From NCBI RefSeq assembly GCF_000002075.1, contig NW_004798162.1, positions 117,077-181,076 on the forward strand: a DNA stretch of 64,000 nucleotides. The letters run 5' to 3'. Made by a program: the position numbers and the translations under genes. Below the pieces are notes generated by a model that searched no databases, was not told where the DNA came from, and saw nothing but the letters and a program-made list of their open reading frames with translations. The DNA comes from Aplysia californica (lineage: Eukaryota). Shown piece by piece: positions 62,071 to 64,000 of the stretch. Within the stretch, counting starts at the first letter, position 1; each line of letters begins with the position of its first letter.

Positions 62071-62750
62071 CTATTCGGTCTCGAGTTTGAATTGAGTCCA
62101 AAATGTCCGTTCCGACTTCCGACCCTTGTTTCTAAATATTCCCAGCATTTATTAACTTTTTTGGATTATAATGATAACAATTGAGATGTGAGCTTTAATA
62201 TCCAGTTACTAGATCTATCTAAACTGGCCCTAGTATGAACAAAGCTAAGTTGAGCTGACCTTGCCGGGGGCAAAGTTAATTATGTCAACCAATGAAACAG
62301 CGCGTAGCGATATCGCACTCTCGGCTTATGGGGGAAGAGATGTTGGGAAGAGGTGTTGGGAAGAGGCCACAGCTGTCGGTTTTGAGCGATGTGATTTTTT
62401 TTTTCATTACAGAAAAACTCAACACTCAACATTATAATCAAAAATTAAACAAATGGAAAGACAAATGGTGGTGGAACTAACGATGATGCTGTAGTGGTGG
62501 TGGAAAGACCCTGAGTTGTCAGTTACCGTGTAGGCCTACTTAGACAAGTTCTGCTATGAGGATCTAATGAGAGCGCAGTCTTTTGACTTTTGACACAATT
62601 ACACAGTCCTAGTAGTAGTAGGCAATTCTAGTTTTAATTCTGGTTTTACGTAAAAGCCCCCGACGACAGTCATATTATGTAATCTCTTTACACGCACAAA
62701 ACTCACTTAGAAGCTGATTCCGAATAAATAAAACATTCAAGTCCGAATAG
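62071..62750 (-). mobile_element. Same element family as 200-853, inverted (copy 2)
   Basis: Diverged reverse-complement homology over ~650 bp; ends CTATTCGG...CCGAATAG. An additional end fragment lies near 60847-60895. Confidence 0.7.
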
Positions 62751-63569
62751 ATAAAAATTACAACAATAACTTTAACTACATCACAATAACGGAAGTTGAA
62801 ATCAGGGTTATAGGTCGGTGGGTATTTTTTTACTTTCCCTCCCGTCTCACACTCAGCTACCAGTTGTCTATTTTTTACTAAATATTGATGCGCAGAACAC
62901 GAATATCAACTTCATTTCCGTCGCAAATTAATAGGTTTTGAAATATTTCATTGTTTTTAACCGAGATAGACGTGCTTTGGACCAATCGGGGGGGTTCCAG
63001 GGGGGCCTGCCCCACTGTGGTAAAAGAAAATCTGGGGGTTACAGGGGGGCATGCCCCCCTGTTTTTACCCATAATTTGATATTTTACAGTTAGATTTCAA
63101 ATTGTCTTGAAAATAATTGATTTGCAACAGTTTTAGTGGCTTTGTGTGTGATCTGCAGCAAACAGTACTGCAGTTTGACCCCTGAAACAGTGCATCTGTG
63201 TGCGGGAGTGAAAGTAAAAATTTACCGGTCGGTGAGTATCACTCTGAACACTTATTCAATATGGAGAGGTTGGTTGTGCTCGAAGTCCTCTAAAGAAAAC
63301 AATACTTGTGGATATCTAATAAATTTTTAATCAACACACAACAATTTATCACAACACCACGTGAAGTACTCAGCCAATCAAATCCGTCCAAATACTGAAT
63401 GCAGGTGCTCAATTTAACGTCATGTCAATTTATCTGCCTCACTCAACCATCAACACTTTAAGTTCAACACACAACTCTTCTTGGAAACAAAACAGGACGC
63501 TCAAAACTCAAAGACTGACATGCTCAGTTCAGTAAACCAATTTTCTTTCTTTTTTTTATGAAAGTGGCT

Positions 63570-63800
63570 ATTCTCACCCGCCCGGAAGTTCTCGCAAGAT
63601 CTACTCCTCCCCTCTTCTCTCTCTCTCTCTGTCTCTTTCTGAATACTGTCTATCGGTGTGGACGATCAAATTGACCAAAACAAAGTTAAAAAATGATGTT
63701 AAAACACAAAAGTAAATTAATTTGGTTGTCTACAAAGATGCTACGGCTATTTAACTTTTCGAATGGAGCCGAAGTACACAGGTCGCCATTTTGTTTTGTT
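63570..63800. promoter_or_regulatory. Possible housekeeping-type promoter motifs
   Basis: ETS-like CCGGAAGT (63582-63589) next to TCTCGCAAGA, and YY1-like CGCCATTTTG (63784-63793). The target gene is unclear. Confidence 0.3.
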
Positions 63801-64000
63801 CTCTCTCTTTCTCTCTCTCCACTGCCCACAGACAAAATTGTACGCTTTTAGTAGGCTACAAGTACAGTTGTAATGGAACGTTTGTTCACAGCACAGAATT
63901 CTACAATTTTTCTGTTATCACAGTGTAGAATTCTGTGGTTTAGGGTGAACGCAAAATTTGTTGGCCTAGAACTAGGCTATAACGGTGAACGCGCACCGGG

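Noticed and set aside
200-62750. Giant composite transposon carrying all four genes
   Set aside because: The flanking copies are clearly diverged, no shared TSD or transposase was seen, IFT43 appears to begin outside the interval, and the cargo consists of ordinary conserved spliced genes.
63750-63790. Minus-strand AAAATGGCG as the start of another gene
   Set aside because: The frame closes after 12 codons with no convincing donor; retained only as a YY1-like motif.

Overview
AT-rich, intron-rich animal (invertebrate-like, possibly molluscan; species not determinable) scaffold with five N-gaps. No prokaryotic operon, CRISPR array or defence system is present. Manual splicing on GT..AG boundaries with consistent phases gives four genes: IFT43 (+, first coding exon not found), SPATA17 (-, 10 exons, ~351 aa), a C2orf73/CIMIP6 homologue (+, 5 exons, ~365 aa) and ASB3 (-, 8 coding exons, ~592 aa, ankyrin repeats plus SOCS box). 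Gene names come from recalled similarity to human proteins, not from a database search. SPATA17 and CIMIP6 are head-to-head across ~630 bp that contains an RFX X-box-like site abutting a forkhead-like site. Introns and intergenic DNA carry many non-autonomous elements: hAT-type with exact 8-bp TSDs, several TTAA/piggyBac-type, Tc1/mariner-type, tRNA-derived SINEs and LINE 3' ends. There is also a 68-bp minisatellite and a ~1.1-kb near-identical duplication that is probably an assembly artefact. The most interesting signals are a compact cilia/flagella gene cluster that appears to preserve a pre-vertebrate gene order, a candidate extra acidic cassette exon in IFT43, a candidate alternative last exon of CIMIP6, and a covarying stem-loop in retroposon 3' ends.
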